Positions 49,236 through 61,500 of a DNA stretch of 64,000 nucleotides are shown piece by piece; position 1 is the first letter of the stretch; each line of letters begins with the position of its first letter. The position numbers and the translations under genes were made by a program. The stretch covers positions 1 to 64,000 of the IMG/VR virus record IMGVR_UViG_3300038673_000220; one strand, 5' to 3'. The notes beneath the pieces are model-generated. The model was not told the DNA's origin, did no database searches, and was given only the letters and a program-made list of their open reading frames with translations. The stretch comes from a virus (Duplodnaviria; Caudoviricetes).

Positions 49236-50129
49236 TTATTTTTTTGCTGATTTAAGTGTTTCTTCGACAACAGTGTTCAACCAGAATTCGAGATGATGAT
49301 ACTCTTTGACAAGCATAGCGTATTGTTCAATCAATACTCCAGTATCATTCATGATAGCAGCTAATCCAGAGATACGATGAAGATCAACATTATTATTTTT
49401 TGTTTTAATAACGCTATCATGAACTTTACTAAAAGTGTTGTAAAGACGATCCAAGGTTCTACCGATGACGATAGCTTTTTCAAGTTCAGGAGCTTGTGTT
49501 AAAGTGAGGTCGATCGCATCTTTAAAATCCCCAACTGAATCGAAGATCGCACCAAAGGTAGTTTTCTTAGAATCTGTTGAAACGATGTTTAAGAGGTATT
49601 GAGAGACATCACCAGATTTGAATACGTTTAATATATCAATGTTCTTGATACAAGCTTCAACGTTATTCAGATCATTGATAGCTAAAAACGAACCGATCTT
49701 CATGTAGTTATCAATAAGACTTGCCATACGTCGATCCATATCAAACGTAGTGAATGTCTCGATCATGAAATTGATGATATCTAAAGGCGGTTTTCTAAAA
49801 GGGTAACTTGGTACTATCGTATTATTCAAAAGAGAGTATTCTGTTGAATAGAGTCGACTTATTCCGAATTTGTTATTCTGAATAGTTATCGTAAGGACGC
49901 TTCGTTTGATATCCTTGAATGAATCCTTTAGCATGGATGCCATATTATTCTTAATACGAACAATGAAATCAGCAAAGGATATAGCTATATTCTGTAAGAG
50001 TTTACCTAACCCTTCTTCAGAAAGATTGTCATGCGTGAGGCCATAAAGGTTCAAGAGGTTTTCAAGCTCTTGAGCTTCAAGGTTCAAGATAGGTGAATCG
50101 TAAATAGGGTTGATGATCATCTTTGACAT
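49236..50129 (-). CDS. probable internal head protein
   Basis: Helical composition; N-terminal LSEE site fitting S/A/G-x-E cleavage. Confidence 0.55.
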   Translation of the reverse strand: MSKMIINPIYDSPILNLEAQELENLLNLYGLTHDNLSEEGLGKLLQNIAISFADFIVRIKNNMASMLKDSFKDIKRSVLTITIQNNKFGISRLYSTEYSLLNNTIVPSYPFRKPPLDIINFMIETFTTFDMDRRMASLIDNYMKIGSFLAINDLNNVEACIKNIDILNVFKSGDVSQYLLNIVSTDSKKTTFGAIFDSVGDFKDAIDLTLTQAPELEKAIVIGRTLDRLYNTFSKVHDSVIKTKNNNVDLHRISGLAAIMNDTGVLIEQYAMLVKEYHHLEFWLNTVVEETLKSAKK

Positions 50130-50141
50130 CTAAAGTTCTCC

Positions 50142-52040
50142 TTAAGGTATATATTGATCAAGCAAGAATTCGATATTCATTTCTGAGGCAAACACTGAAT
50201 AATACCTGAAATTAAGAACGTATCCTTCAAGGTATTTGTCAGTAGTTGTATTATAACCAAGCTCAAAGACATTAACACCCATATTGATACGATAATCAGC
50301 TTCATTCGCTTGAGTACCTGTGACGATCGTTTCATCTGTATCATCAGGAGTTATGATATCTTGTGGAAGTTGAAGGATCTTCGTTCCAGTCATGTGAACA
50401 GATCCATCATAGATATCTTCAAAGAATGTGATTATCTGATCAAGAACATCAGTTATACCTAATCGAAAAACGTCTGGTTTTTGATCAGTGAAACCGTATC
50501 CTTGAACGCCGATCCCATATGTGAAAACAACACGTTTCATGAATTGTGGATCGTCTGGCGAATACTCTGCTGAATCTATAAGCGTCAATACATCGTTATT
50601 AACGTTGTAAGACGTTATGCGATTACGTTTAGTATTGAATGGATTCGTTTCAATACTTACAGCTGTATGAACTTCAGGAGCATTTTGACCTAGTCTCAAT
50701 AAAGCGCTCTTTGTGCCAAACACTTCAGATATAGGTGATAAGTACTTTAAGAGGATCGTTCCTCGAATAGGATTATAAATACTCGAATAATTTCGGTAGA
50801 GTTTTGTTCCTAGAACTGATTGAGGAGTATCATCTGTGAAAATAGGTGGTACTGGAAGAGGTGTGTTGGTTAATTGATGTTGCCAAAAACCACCAGCATT
50901 GCAAACGACACCTTGATACGTTGTATTAAAGAGATTAGAAGGATCTATAGATAAAAGCGTATTGACATCGAATGATGTGATATTTAATCCAGTAGCATCT
51001 ATCGTAAATGAAAGTCTTCTCCATCCACTTGGAAGATCTTGGATACTTGGAATGAGTTTGGTTATGGATCCAGTATGTTGAGTTTCGTTATTTTCACAAT
51101 CATAAACGATAGAAGCTAGTATTTCAGTTGAAGCTAAAATATCTATACAGACAGCAGTACGTTCGATTGGATAATAATAGAGGACGAAGTTCTGAACACC
51201 AGTTATTTCTTGAGGGAGAGGATCGTTGAATCCATGAGCTCCCATTATAGCTGTTTCTTGAAGAAGGAGGAAATTCGTATCACTTGTTGGTGTGACGATA
51301 AGAAGATTACTTCCAGCGTTACGAACCGAACCATGGTGCGAAACATCAGAAAGAACCTTACTGTTTAGAAGGATATTCTGATGAGGTCCAAATATAGGAC
51401 AAGCTGGTTTATTATAAGAAAAATCGATCGGTAGTTTGTTTGCTTCGATCGTTAAAACACGACCATTGATATCATGATAGTTTATTGGACAGTTTCTATC
51501 AACAGTGAATAAGCTATTGATAGAGATGTTAGGTTCTAAGATATCTGATGGTGGCATCATGATAGGTGTTCCAGGTAATCTAAACCTGAACAATTCACTA
51601 TGAGCATTTTCATCAGTATCATGTTTCGAAATGACGTAGTTGAGTACATCAATATTGATTATACTGTCTTTATGGATACCTTCATCGATATCTTGACGAG
51701 TAGCGAAACGTTTGATATTGATAAGAGCATAACCGAACTCCATGATATCCATATCAACACCAAAGCGAGATATATACAAGCTATACATGATGTTGAGGAG
51801 CTGGAGTTCAGCTAATGACATATTGACTTTATGAGGATTATTGATATCTTCGATATGATCTTTAAAGAGATTCCTTAGAGGTGAAACAGTATTTGCTGTT
51901 TCTTGAAGATCATGAATAATATCTAAAATATCTTGGATATCTTTGGATTTACCAAAGTCCTCATGAAGACCAACACGTATCTCTGATTCGACTTTATCCC
52001 AATTGGATAAGATGCCTTGGATTTGTTGATCATTGTACAT
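50142..52040 (-). CDS. virion tail/baseplate-associated protein with lectin-like C-terminal region
   Basis: VDRNCPINYHDINGRVLTIEANKLP resembles the fibre C-terminal FSRASVANHLDRYGIVRASEANVP. Confidence 0.55.
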   Translation of the reverse strand: MYNDQQIQGILSNWDKVESEIRVGLHEDFGKSKDIQDILDIIHDLQETANTVSPLRNLFKDHIEDINNPHKVNMSLAELQLLNIMYSLYISRFGVDMDIMEFGYALINIKRFATRQDIDEGIHKDSIINIDVLNYVISKHDTDENAHSELFRFRLPGTPIMMPPSDILEPNISINSLFTVDRNCPINYHDINGRVLTIEANKLPIDFSYNKPACPIFGPHQNILLNSKVLSDVSHHGSVRNAGSNLLIVTPTSDTNFLLLQETAIMGAHGFNDPLPQEITGVQNFVLYYYPIERTAVCIDILASTEILASIVYDCENNETQHTGSITKLIPSIQDLPSGWRRLSFTIDATGLNITSFDVNTLLSIDPSNLFNTTYQGVVCNAGGFWQHQLTNTPLPVPPIFTDDTPQSVLGTKLYRNYSSIYNPIRGTILLKYLSPISEVFGTKSALLRLGQNAPEVHTAVSIETNPFNTKRNRITSYNVNNDVLTLIDSAEYSPDDPQFMKRVVFTYGIGVQGYGFTDQKPDVFRLGITDVLDQIITFFEDIYDGSVHMTGTKILQLPQDIITPDDTDETIVTGTQANEADYRINMGVNVFELGYNTTTDKYLEGYVLNFRYYSVFASEMNIEFLLDQYIP

Positions 52041-52065
52041 AAACGTATCCTCTTAAACAGAAAGA

Positions 52066-53661
52066 TTATTGACTGAATCCAGCTATAGCTGCAACTGAAT
52101 CTTCATCACTCAATGGTTTACTAAAGAGCTTCAATGAAGTTATCCTATTAGTTCCATTAAGATAGTTAGCTACTCTTGGGATAACGAATAAAAAGAAAGG
52201 AAAGACATCAAACATCCTATTCGTATTACTGAAAGTGTATTTCGCATAGTTGTCATTTACTTCAATATGACAAACGAGATTACTCTTAGAAATCGAAAGA
52301 ACGACTGATATATGATTAATATCTCCACCTTTTATATTATCAATAAGTGTTTCAGTGAATGCTGGATTATAGTTATCATAAGATATAACGAGTTTGTTTT
52401 TATCTTCTCCATCATTGTAAGGGATAAGACTTAAACAGGCGATCGATTTTGTTAATCCAACTACATTGAATAAGTCAAGGGTCTTTAATGTGACAAGATG
52501 ACTTAAACTTAATGTTGCGTATATAGAGAAATTGTTCTGATTGAGTACTGTGAATATGTTGTATACTTTCGAGTAATTCGTATGAATATTTCCACGTAAT
52601 GTTGTTAGTTCAGCTCGGTATTCAGGAGTCATTGAATCACTTAATACATAATCAAGATGATTCAAATAATAATCAGTGTATTTCTTCTTAAAGATACGAT
52701 CATCCGTTTCTCCACACGCATCTAATAATTCATTATATCCGATGAGCGTCTCTTCTCCACCAAAGAACAGAGCTTCAAGAGAATAGATATCGTATTGAAG
52801 ATTGTAAACGCCATATGTTACGTCGAGATATGGATAGATATTCACAAAGAAATCAGTTGATATCAGTAGAGCTTGTTCGAATCCATGAGTGATGATGAAT
52901 TCTACAGTATCTTGATACGTCGTATAATCGATCGTTTGAGGATTACCCAACGCTATCAATTGATTACTCAGAAGAAGCATGAGTCTTTCGAATGACTCTT
53001 CGTCAAGGATTCGATACGTTGATAAATCAAATGAAATAGGGGACAATACATAAATAGGGAGAACGCTACACATCGTCATAAGTTCATCGAGCTTAACTGA
53101 TAATGTGTTTTCATGAGCATCAACTCGACTATTATGATTCTCCTCGAAGTATTCTTCAGTTACTTTAACTGATAGAGCTGTACCTATCTCATCAGGATCT
53201 TCTGGAATATTTTCTATGTAATATTGAGGATTTTCAATCAGCCAATGAACGAACTTTGTTTCGTCTTCAGGGATAATGAAATCTGTATCGTATTCAGTTC
53301 CAACTTGAAGGACGCGAACATCATTGAAACGTTCGTAACCATCATAGATATCTCTAAAGAAATAGAGGAATTGTTCTTCAGTGATACGATTATTTGTGTA
53401 AAGACCAACTCCTACAAAAGCTCTCCTTAGAGTTTGTATGATTTGACTATGCATCAAATCAAGATTTTCATAATGAGCAGTATCTCCTTCAAGCGCCATA
53501 TGTTGATTTAGAAGATCAACAAGCTCTTGAGTTCCATCGTCATTTAAGACTGATTTAACGTAATTGAGAACTGCTGTTAAGCATTCGATTACGACTGGTG
53601 ATTGTCGTAACTTGGCTTCATGCCTTGATATGGTTTGAAAATTTTTGATAGCTCCTATCAT
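52066..53661 (-). CDS. probable virion structural protein
   Basis: In operon with the previous gene; LamG-like ending ITSLKLFSKPLS. Confidence 0.5.
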   Translation of the reverse strand: MIGAIKNFQTISRHEAKLRQSPVVIECLTAVLNYVKSVLNDDGTQELVDLLNQHMALEGDTAHYENLDLMHSQIIQTLRRAFVGVGLYTNNRITEEQFLYFFRDIYDGYERFNDVRVLQVGTEYDTDFIIPEDETKFVHWLIENPQYYIENIPEDPDEIGTALSVKVTEEYFEENHNSRVDAHENTLSVKLDELMTMCSVLPIYVLSPISFDLSTYRILDEESFERLMLLLSNQLIALGNPQTIDYTTYQDTVEFIITHGFEQALLISTDFFVNIYPYLDVTYGVYNLQYDIYSLEALFFGGEETLIGYNELLDACGETDDRIFKKKYTDYYLNHLDYVLSDSMTPEYRAELTTLRGNIHTNYSKVYNIFTVLNQNNFSIYATLSLSHLVTLKTLDLFNVVGLTKSIACLSLIPYNDGEDKNKLVISYDNYNPAFTETLIDNIKGGDINHISVVLSISKSNLVCHIEVNDNYAKYTFSNTNRMFDVFPFFLFVIPRVANYLNGTNRITSLKLFSKPLSDEDSVAAIAGFSQ

Positions 53662-53760
53662 ATTTATTCACCTTATAGAGAAGATTGTATATATTTATAT
53701 CAAGCAGATATGATATAGCGAATACTACTGATACTGTTTAATATAAGAGGAGAATGACTC

Positions 53761-55119
53761 GTGATTATTAATTCTGTTATGCAAGATTATAAGAGAACAT
53801 TAAAAAATTGTTTTCTTAATACAGGAACTTTATTGGATTTAGCTACAGGTAATTTCTTACCTGGAAAAAACAATAGCATGATCTTGAATGGTGGTTTGTA
53901 TACAACGAACTCATTCGTTGGACGAGAGCAAACCTACAAATCAACGATCGCTGGAGGGTATTTTGGAAGAGCTCTTCATCATTATAAATCATCAGAAGGA
54001 TTAGTTTGGGAGACTGAATTAAGTCTTCAAGGTAAAGGACGTATATTAAGTATCAGTGGTTGTAAATCAAAAGAAGATTTAGCTGATCTTGATAGTCGAT
54101 TTACGTATTATGATAACACTGAAGTATCTCTTGAAGATATGTTTGAGATCATCAAGAAAGTGAGTGCTGAAAAAAGTATCCATATGAAGGATTATATCCG
54201 TGAAACTCCATTTATTGGAGATGATGGAAAACCGATCCTCACAATAGCACCAACGTTTATCTTCATTGACAGTTTCTCAGCAGCGAGTTCGAGTAAAGAG
54301 ATCAGCTTGTATGCTGATAATAAACTTGGCGATTCAAAGAATAACACAGTTGCTATGAATGATGGTCGACTCAAATCAGAATTCGGTCGTCAACTTCCAT
54401 ATCTTTGTGGTGCAAAAGGTATCTATTTGATATCAACAGCTCATGTTGGTGATAAGATCAATATGGATGGTAATCCATACTCATCTCCACCTAAAGATCT
54501 TCCAACGATGAGAGCTTCCGATACGATCAAACGAGTTGGGACACAGTATTCATTTTTATCAACGAACATGCTTGAAACAAGGAAGGTTACTCCTGTTCAA
54601 GATTCTAAGAAAAAGAATTTCTATCCGTCTGGATCAACCTCTTCTGATGTTGAGCTCCAACAAGTAACATCGTATATTACACGATGTAAGAATAATGTTT
54701 CAGGTGATCCTATCGAATTGATCAGTTCACAGTTTTATGGTATCCAGGAATACCTTGAATTTCATAACTTCTTATCATCTCTCAAATGCAATCTTCTTGA
54801 GGGAGTTCAAGAACAAAAACTAGGTATCCATGATCAATCTTTCAATAGAAAGAACATCAGAGAATACATTGATAAAGATCCAACATTCGCTAGAGCTTTA
54901 CAGATCTTAGCTCATTTTGCATTTGTTCGTAATCGTTGGTTTATTCCTGAAATAAACAATATCGGTTATGTCGAATTCTGTAAGATGTTCAATGCGTCAA
55001 AATCCTTAAAAGAGGAGATCCTTAATAGTACTGGAGTGTGGTCTTTCAAAGAAGATAAACCGAGTAGGAATTATCTATCGATATTTGACATCATAACTAA
55101 GATCCGTAGTGCAAAATAA
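53761..55119 (+). CDS. uvsX: UvsX/RecA-like recombinase (phiKZ gp152-like)
   Basis: NTGTLLD, Walker A GREQTYKST, WETE, FIDSFS, TAHVG, RCKNN. Confidence 0.82.
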   Translation: MIINSVMQDYKRTLKNCFLNTGTLLDLATGNFLPGKNNSMILNGGLYTTNSFVGREQTYKSTIAGGYFGRALHHYKSSEGLVWETELSLQGKGRILSISGCKSKEDLADLDSRFTYYDNTEVSLEDMFEIIKKVSAEKSIHMKDYIRETPFIGDDGKPILTIAPTFIFIDSFSAASSSKEISLYADNKLGDSKNNTVAMNDGRLKSEFGRQLPYLCGAKGIYLISTAHVGDKINMDGNPYSSPPKDLPTMRASDTIKRVGTQYSFLSTNMLETRKVTPVQDSKKKNFYPSGSTSSDVELQQVTSYITRCKNNVSGDPIELISSQFYGIQEYLEFHNFLSSLKCNLLEGVQEQKLGIHDQSFNRKNIREYIDKDPTFARALQILAHFAFVRNRWFIPEINNIGYVEFCKMFNASKSLKEEILNSTGVWSFKEDKPSRNYLSIFDIITKIRSAK

Positions 55120-55158
55120 ATAGCCCATTTTAACTATAATATCGGTCCAAACGACCTA

Positions 55159-55380
55159 ATGGAGGGAATAAACATGGCTGATAATATTCAGGAATACGTC
55201 GAATCTTTAACTGATACGAAAGTGAAAGGTTTCGTCCAAGCGGTATCTCAGCGACTTATAGATGCTGAAAAAGAGATAACTGAATTAAAAACTCAGAATG
55301 CTGATTATCAAAGTCAAATAGAAACTTTGAATACTCAGATCGAAGATCTTACTATACGAGTTATTGAGCTTGAAGTGTGA
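55159..55380 (+). CDS. small coiled-coil protein
   Basis: GGAGG RBS before the second Met; heptad pattern. Confidence 0.6.
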   Translation: MEGINMADNIQEYVESLTDTKVKGFVQAVSQRLIDAEKEITELKTQNADYQSQIETLNTQIEDLTIRVIELEV

Positions 55381-55389
55381 AATAATATA

Positions 55390-55425
55390 CCTAATACGAA
55401 CGCTACTATCAGCGTTCGTATTAGG
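55390..55425 (+). terminator. hairpin
   Basis: CCTAATACGAACGCT-loop-AGCGTTCGTATTAGG. Confidence 0.75.
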
Positions 55426-55507
55426 ATTTATAGCGCATTTTATGCAATAGTATAGGGGTAAATGGCCTTTCTGTTTATTTTATTTTTCTTTAAGGAGACA
55501 CAAATTT

Positions 55508-58500
55508 ATGCAGCCGAATATTCCTATTCAATATTCAACTTTACGAGAGTACATTGAAGCTATTTCTGGTGCTCAAGTTACGACGTTGACGCAAACTGTT
55601 GATGCTAATTATGCAACGATGATGGGTTTGGTCAATGATCTTCAAACATCGATCGCTGATATCGAATCATTAAATGCGAATATCAGTGCGAACCCAGACG
55701 TTGTTCTTAACACTTCACATCGTCTGACTATTGCTGGTAACCCACATCATGTAACGAAAGCAGAAGTTGGATTAAGTGAGGTACCGAACTACGACTTTAC
55801 TGCTGAAGTTCAGATCAACAATGCGAAAGTTGGTATAACCCAAGCTCAAGCTGATGCTATCATTATTAACTCAGCGAAAGTTGGTATCACTGTTCAGCAA
55901 GCTGCCGATATCATTTCCAATAATGATCATCGTGCTATCGTATCTGGGAATCCACATCAGGTCACCAAAGCTGAAGTAGGTTTGGGTAATGTCCCGAACA
56001 TCGATTGTACGAATGCTTCGAATATCACTTCGGGTATTTTACCAACGAGTGTTCTTCCTCCATTAGCTATTACTGATACATATTCAGTTGCTAATGAGGC
56101 CGAGCAGTTAGCTCTTACTGTACAAAAAGGTGATATTGCTGTTCGTACAGATCTTTCAAGATCGTATATCAATCAGACTGGTGGTAATGAGGCCATGACT
56201 GATTGGCAGGAGCTCATGACTCCAACTGATCTTGTTCTCTCTGTTAATGGCTATACTGGAACAATCCAACTTGTTACTACAGATATTCCAGAAGGTACCA
56301 ACTTCTATTATACAGAAGCACGTGTATCTAACAATATTGATGTTGCTACCAATACTGCAAACCGTCACACTCACGGAAATAAAGCTATCCTTGATGCAAC
56401 AACTGCATCTTTTACTACTGAGATTTCCAACACCATCGATCTCAACTCCGCTCATCGTGAGACAACTGTAGGTAATCCGCATCAGGTTACTAAAGCTGAT
56501 GTAGGTTTGAGTAATGTACCAAACCACGATTTTACCGATGAGGTTGCCGCCAATACTGCAAAGGTCGGTATCACTCCTGAACAAGCTGCTGACATTGTAG
56601 CTGCTAATGTTCATAGAACTACTACCAGCGGTAATCCTCACGCTGTAACTAAAGCTGAAGTTGGTTTAGGTAATGTACCGAACACTGATTTTACAGCTGA
56701 TGTTCTTGCAAATAATGCCCATCGTGCAATTATTACGGGTAATCCGCATCAAGTTACTAAAGCCGAGGTTGGCTTAAGTAATGTTCCAAATCATGATTTC
56801 ACTGCCGAAGTTGATGCGAATACTGCAAAGGTTGGTATCACTCCTGAACAAGCTGATGCTATCGTAGCCAATACTGCAAAGGTTGGTATCACTCCTGAGC
56901 AAGCTGCTTCTATCGTAGCATCTGACGCTCATATTGCAACTGTTACTGGCAATCCTCACCAAGTAACGAAAGCTGAAGTTGGCTTAAGTGAAGTCCCCAA
57001 CGTTGACTGTACCAATGCGAGTAATATCACTACTGGTACTCTACCAACAAGTGTTCTTCCTGCATTGGCTATCAGTGAAACTTTTGTAGTTGCCGATGAA
57101 ACCGCTCAGTTGGCTCTCACTGTACAGAAAGGTGATGTTGCTGTTCGTACCGATGAAGGAAAATCTTACATCAATGCGACTGGTGATAACACTGCGATGA
57201 CTGATTGGCAGGAGCTCTTAACTCCTACTGACACCATCTTAAGTGTAAATGGTCAAACTGGTAACGTCATTCTAACCACTACGAATATTGCAGAAGGGAC
57301 TAATCTCTATTATACTGAGGCTCGTGTATCTGCGAATGTTGATGTTGCTCTTAATACAGCGAACCGTCATAACCATACCAATAAATCTATTCTTGATGGT
57401 ACTGAAGAATCTTTCACTACTGTATTAAAGAATAATATCTTAACCAATAATGATAAGGTTGGTATCACCACTGAACAAGCTGATGCTATCGTGGCCAATA
57501 CTGCAAAGGTTGGTATCACACCACAGCAAACTGCTGATATTATCTCCAACAACACTCATCGTGCTATCGTATCTGGTAATCCGCATCAAGTCACTAAAGC
57601 TGAAGTTGGATTAGGTTTGGTTCCGAATCACGACTTCACCGATGAGGTTGATGCGAATACTGCGCATAAGAATACTATTACTGGTAATCCGCATCAAGTT
57701 ACTAAAGCTGAAGTAGGATTAGGTAACGTACCGAATACTGACTTTACTGGTGATATCGCTGCATCGAATGCTCATATTGCAACTATCACTGGTAATCCGC
57801 ATCAGGTCACTAAAGCTGAAGTAGGATTGGGTCTTGTACCTAATCATGACTTTACAGCTGAAGTTGATGCGAATACTGCAAAGGTTGGCATCACTCCTGA
57901 ACAAGCTGCTGCAATTGTAGCGAATACAGCACACGCTGCTATCGTAACTGGTAATCCGCATCAAGTTACTAAAGCTGAAGTAGGATTAGGTAATGTTCTA
58001 AACATTGATACGACAAATGCTACGAATATTACTTCAGGTATGCTTCCTTCAAGCGTACTTCCTCCTATTGCTATCACTGATACATATTCTGTAGCAAGTG
58101 AAGCTGAGCAATTAGCTCTTGATATCCAACGTGGTGATATCGCTGTTCGTACAGATATTAATCGTTCGTACATTAATAAACTTGGTGTTAACGAAGCTAT
58201 GTCTGATTGGCAGGAGCTTTTAACACCAATCGACTCCGTTCTTTCTGTTAATGGATTCACTGGAGCTGTCGTTCTGACTACATCCAGTATTTCTGAAGGG
58301 ACTAATCTCTATTACACTGAAGATCGTGTTATCAATAACGTTGATGTTGCTACCAATACTGCAAATCGTCATAATCATGGAAATAAAGCGATCCTTGATG
58401 GAACGACTGCATCATTCACCACTGAGATCTCCAACACCATCGATCTCAACTCTGCGCACCGTTCTACTATCACCGGAAATCCTCATCAAGTAACGAAAGC

Positions 58501-61500
58501 AGAAGTGGGATTAAGTGATGTTCCTAACCACGACTTCACTGCTGAAGTTGCTGCCAATACTGCAAAGGTTGGTATCACTCCTGAACAAGCTGCATCTATC
58601 GTTGATGCAAATACGCATATCGCAACTGTAACGGGTAATCCTCATGCAGTTACTAAAGCTGAAGTCGGTTTAGGTTTGGTTCCGAATCACGACTTCACCG
58701 ATGAGGTTAATGCTGCTACAACTCATATCGCAACTGTTACTGGTAATCCTCATCAAGTTACTAAAGCAGAGGTTGGTCTGAGTGAAGTACCTAACCACGA
58801 CTTCACAGCTGAAGTTGCTGCGAACACTGCAAAGGTTGGTATCACTCAGGAACAAGCTGATGCTATCGTAGCCAATACTGCAAAGGTTGGTATTACAGTT
58901 GAGCAAGCTGCTTCTATCGTAGCATCTGACGCTCATATCGCTACTGTTACCGGCAATCCTCATCAAGTTACTAAAGCAGAGGTTGGTCTGAGTGAAGTAC
59001 CGAATGTGGATTGTACGAATGCTTCGAATATCACTACTGGTACTCTACCAACAAGTGTTCTTCCTGCATTGGCTATCAGTGAAACCTACGTTGTTGCTGA
59101 TGAGACTGAACAGTTAGCCCTTACTGTACAGAAGGGTGATATCGCTGTTCGTTCTGACCTTAATCGCTCGTATATCAACTCCACTGGTGATAACACTGCG
59201 ATGACTGATTGGCAGGAGCTCTTAACTCCTACTGATACTATTCTCACAGTTAACGGCCAGGTTGGTACTGTAGTTCTTACTACTACGAATATCGAAGAGG
59301 GTACAAACCTCTATTACACTGAAGCACGTGTATCTGCAAATGCTGATGTTGCAGCAAATACTGCAAATCGTCATAATCATGCAAATAAAGCTATCCTTGA
59401 TGGTACTGAAGAATCCTTCACTACCGTTTTGAGAAACAACATCCTTACTAATAACGATAAGGTTGGTATCACCACTGAACAAGCTGATGCTATCGTAGCC
59501 AATACTGCAAAGGTTGGTATCACTGCTCAACAGGCTGCCGATATCGTTTCTAACAATACTCACCGTGCTATCGTAACTGGAAATCCGCATCAAGTCACCA
59601 AGACTGAAGTAGGATTAAGCGAAGTACCGAATCACGATTTCACTGCTGAAGTAAACGCCAATACTGCACATCGTGGTATTTTGGAAGGTAACCCGCATCA
59701 AGTTACTAAAGCTGAAGTTGGCTTAAGTGAAGTACCGAATCATGATTTCACTGCAGAAATGCTTATCGCATTAACTCACGTTGAAACAATTACCGGTAAT
59801 CCGCATCAAGTCACTAAAGCTGAAGTAGGTCTCGGTAGCGTTCCGAATCATGATTTCACTGCTGAAGTTGCAGCCAATACTGCTAAGGTTGGTATCACTC
59901 CTGAACAAGCTGCAGCTATCGTAGCCAATACTACTCATGCTGCCATTGTTGCTGGTAATCCTCATCATGTAACAAAAGCTGAAGTTGGTCTGAGTGAAGT
60001 ACCTAACGTCGACTGTACCAACGCCTCGAATATTACTACAGGAACTCTTCCTTCAAGTGTTCTTCCAGCTATCGCTATTACTGAAACTTTTGTAGTATCG
60101 AACGAGCTTGAGCAACTTTCTTTAGATGTTCAAGAAGGTGATATCGCTGTTCGTTCTGATCTTAATCGTACCTTTATCAATATCACTGGTACGAATAACG
60201 CTATGACTGATTGGCAAGAACTCGCTACTCCTACTGATACCATTTTGAGTGTTAATGGTCAGACTGGCACTGTAGTTCTTACCACGACGAATATTGACGA
60301 AGGTACTAACCTTTATTATACAGAAGCACGTGTATCTAACAACGTTGACGTTGCAGCAAATACTGCAAATCGCCATAACCATGCAAATAAAGCTATCCTT
60401 GATGCAACAACCGCCTCTTATACGACTGCGGATGTTGATACGTTAGCTGCTGCTGATGCTCATCGTTTAACAACCACTGGTAATCCGCATCAGGTCACTA
60501 AAGCTGAAGTTGGTTTGGGTAATGTACCTAACTTAGATTTCACTTTAGATATTGCTGCGTCGAATGCTCATATCGCAACTGTAACTGGTAATCCGCATCA
60601 GGTCACGAAAGCTGAAGTAGGATTGGGTCTTGTACCTAATCATGACTTTACAGCTGAAGTTGATGCGAATACTGCAAAGGTTGGCATCACTCCTGAACAA
60701 GCTGCTGCAATCGTAGCGAACAGCGCTAAAGTTGGTATCACTCCTGAGCAAGCTTCTGATATCACTTCTAATAATAATCATAGATTAACTGTTACTGGTA
60801 ATCCGCATAATGTAACAAAAGCTGAAGTTGGATTAGGCTCTGTACCTAACCATGACTTTACAGCCGAAGTTGCTGCGAATACTGCAAAGGTTGGTATCAC
60901 TACTCAGCAGGCTGCTGATATCATTTCTAATAATGAACATCGAGCCATCATTTCTGGTAATCCGCATCAAGTTACTAAGGCTGAAGTTGGGTTGAGCGAT
61001 GTTCCTAATCACGACTTCACAGCTGAAGTTAATGCGAATACAGCTCATACTGCTATCGTAGCTGGTAATCCGCATCAGGTAACGAAAGCTGAAGTTGGTC
61101 TTGGTAATGTACCTAATGTCGATTGCACCAACGCTAGCAATATCACCACTGGTACCTTACCTTCTTCAGTATTACCTCCATTAGCAATCACTGATACTTT
61201 TGTTGTTGCTGACGAAGCTGCTCAACTTGCATTGGTTGTTCAGAAAGGTGATGTTGCAGTACGTACTGATGAAGGTCGCTCGTATATCAACTCCACTGGT
61301 GATAACACTGCGATGACTGATTGGCAGGAGCTCTTAACTCCTACTGATACCATCTTGAGTGTTAATGGCCAAACTGGAACAGTTGTTTTAACTACGACAA
61401 ACGTTGCTGAAGGGACTAATCTCTATTATACTGAGGCTCGTGTATCTGCAAATGCTGACGTAACACTTAATACAGCTAATCGTCACAATCATACAAATAA

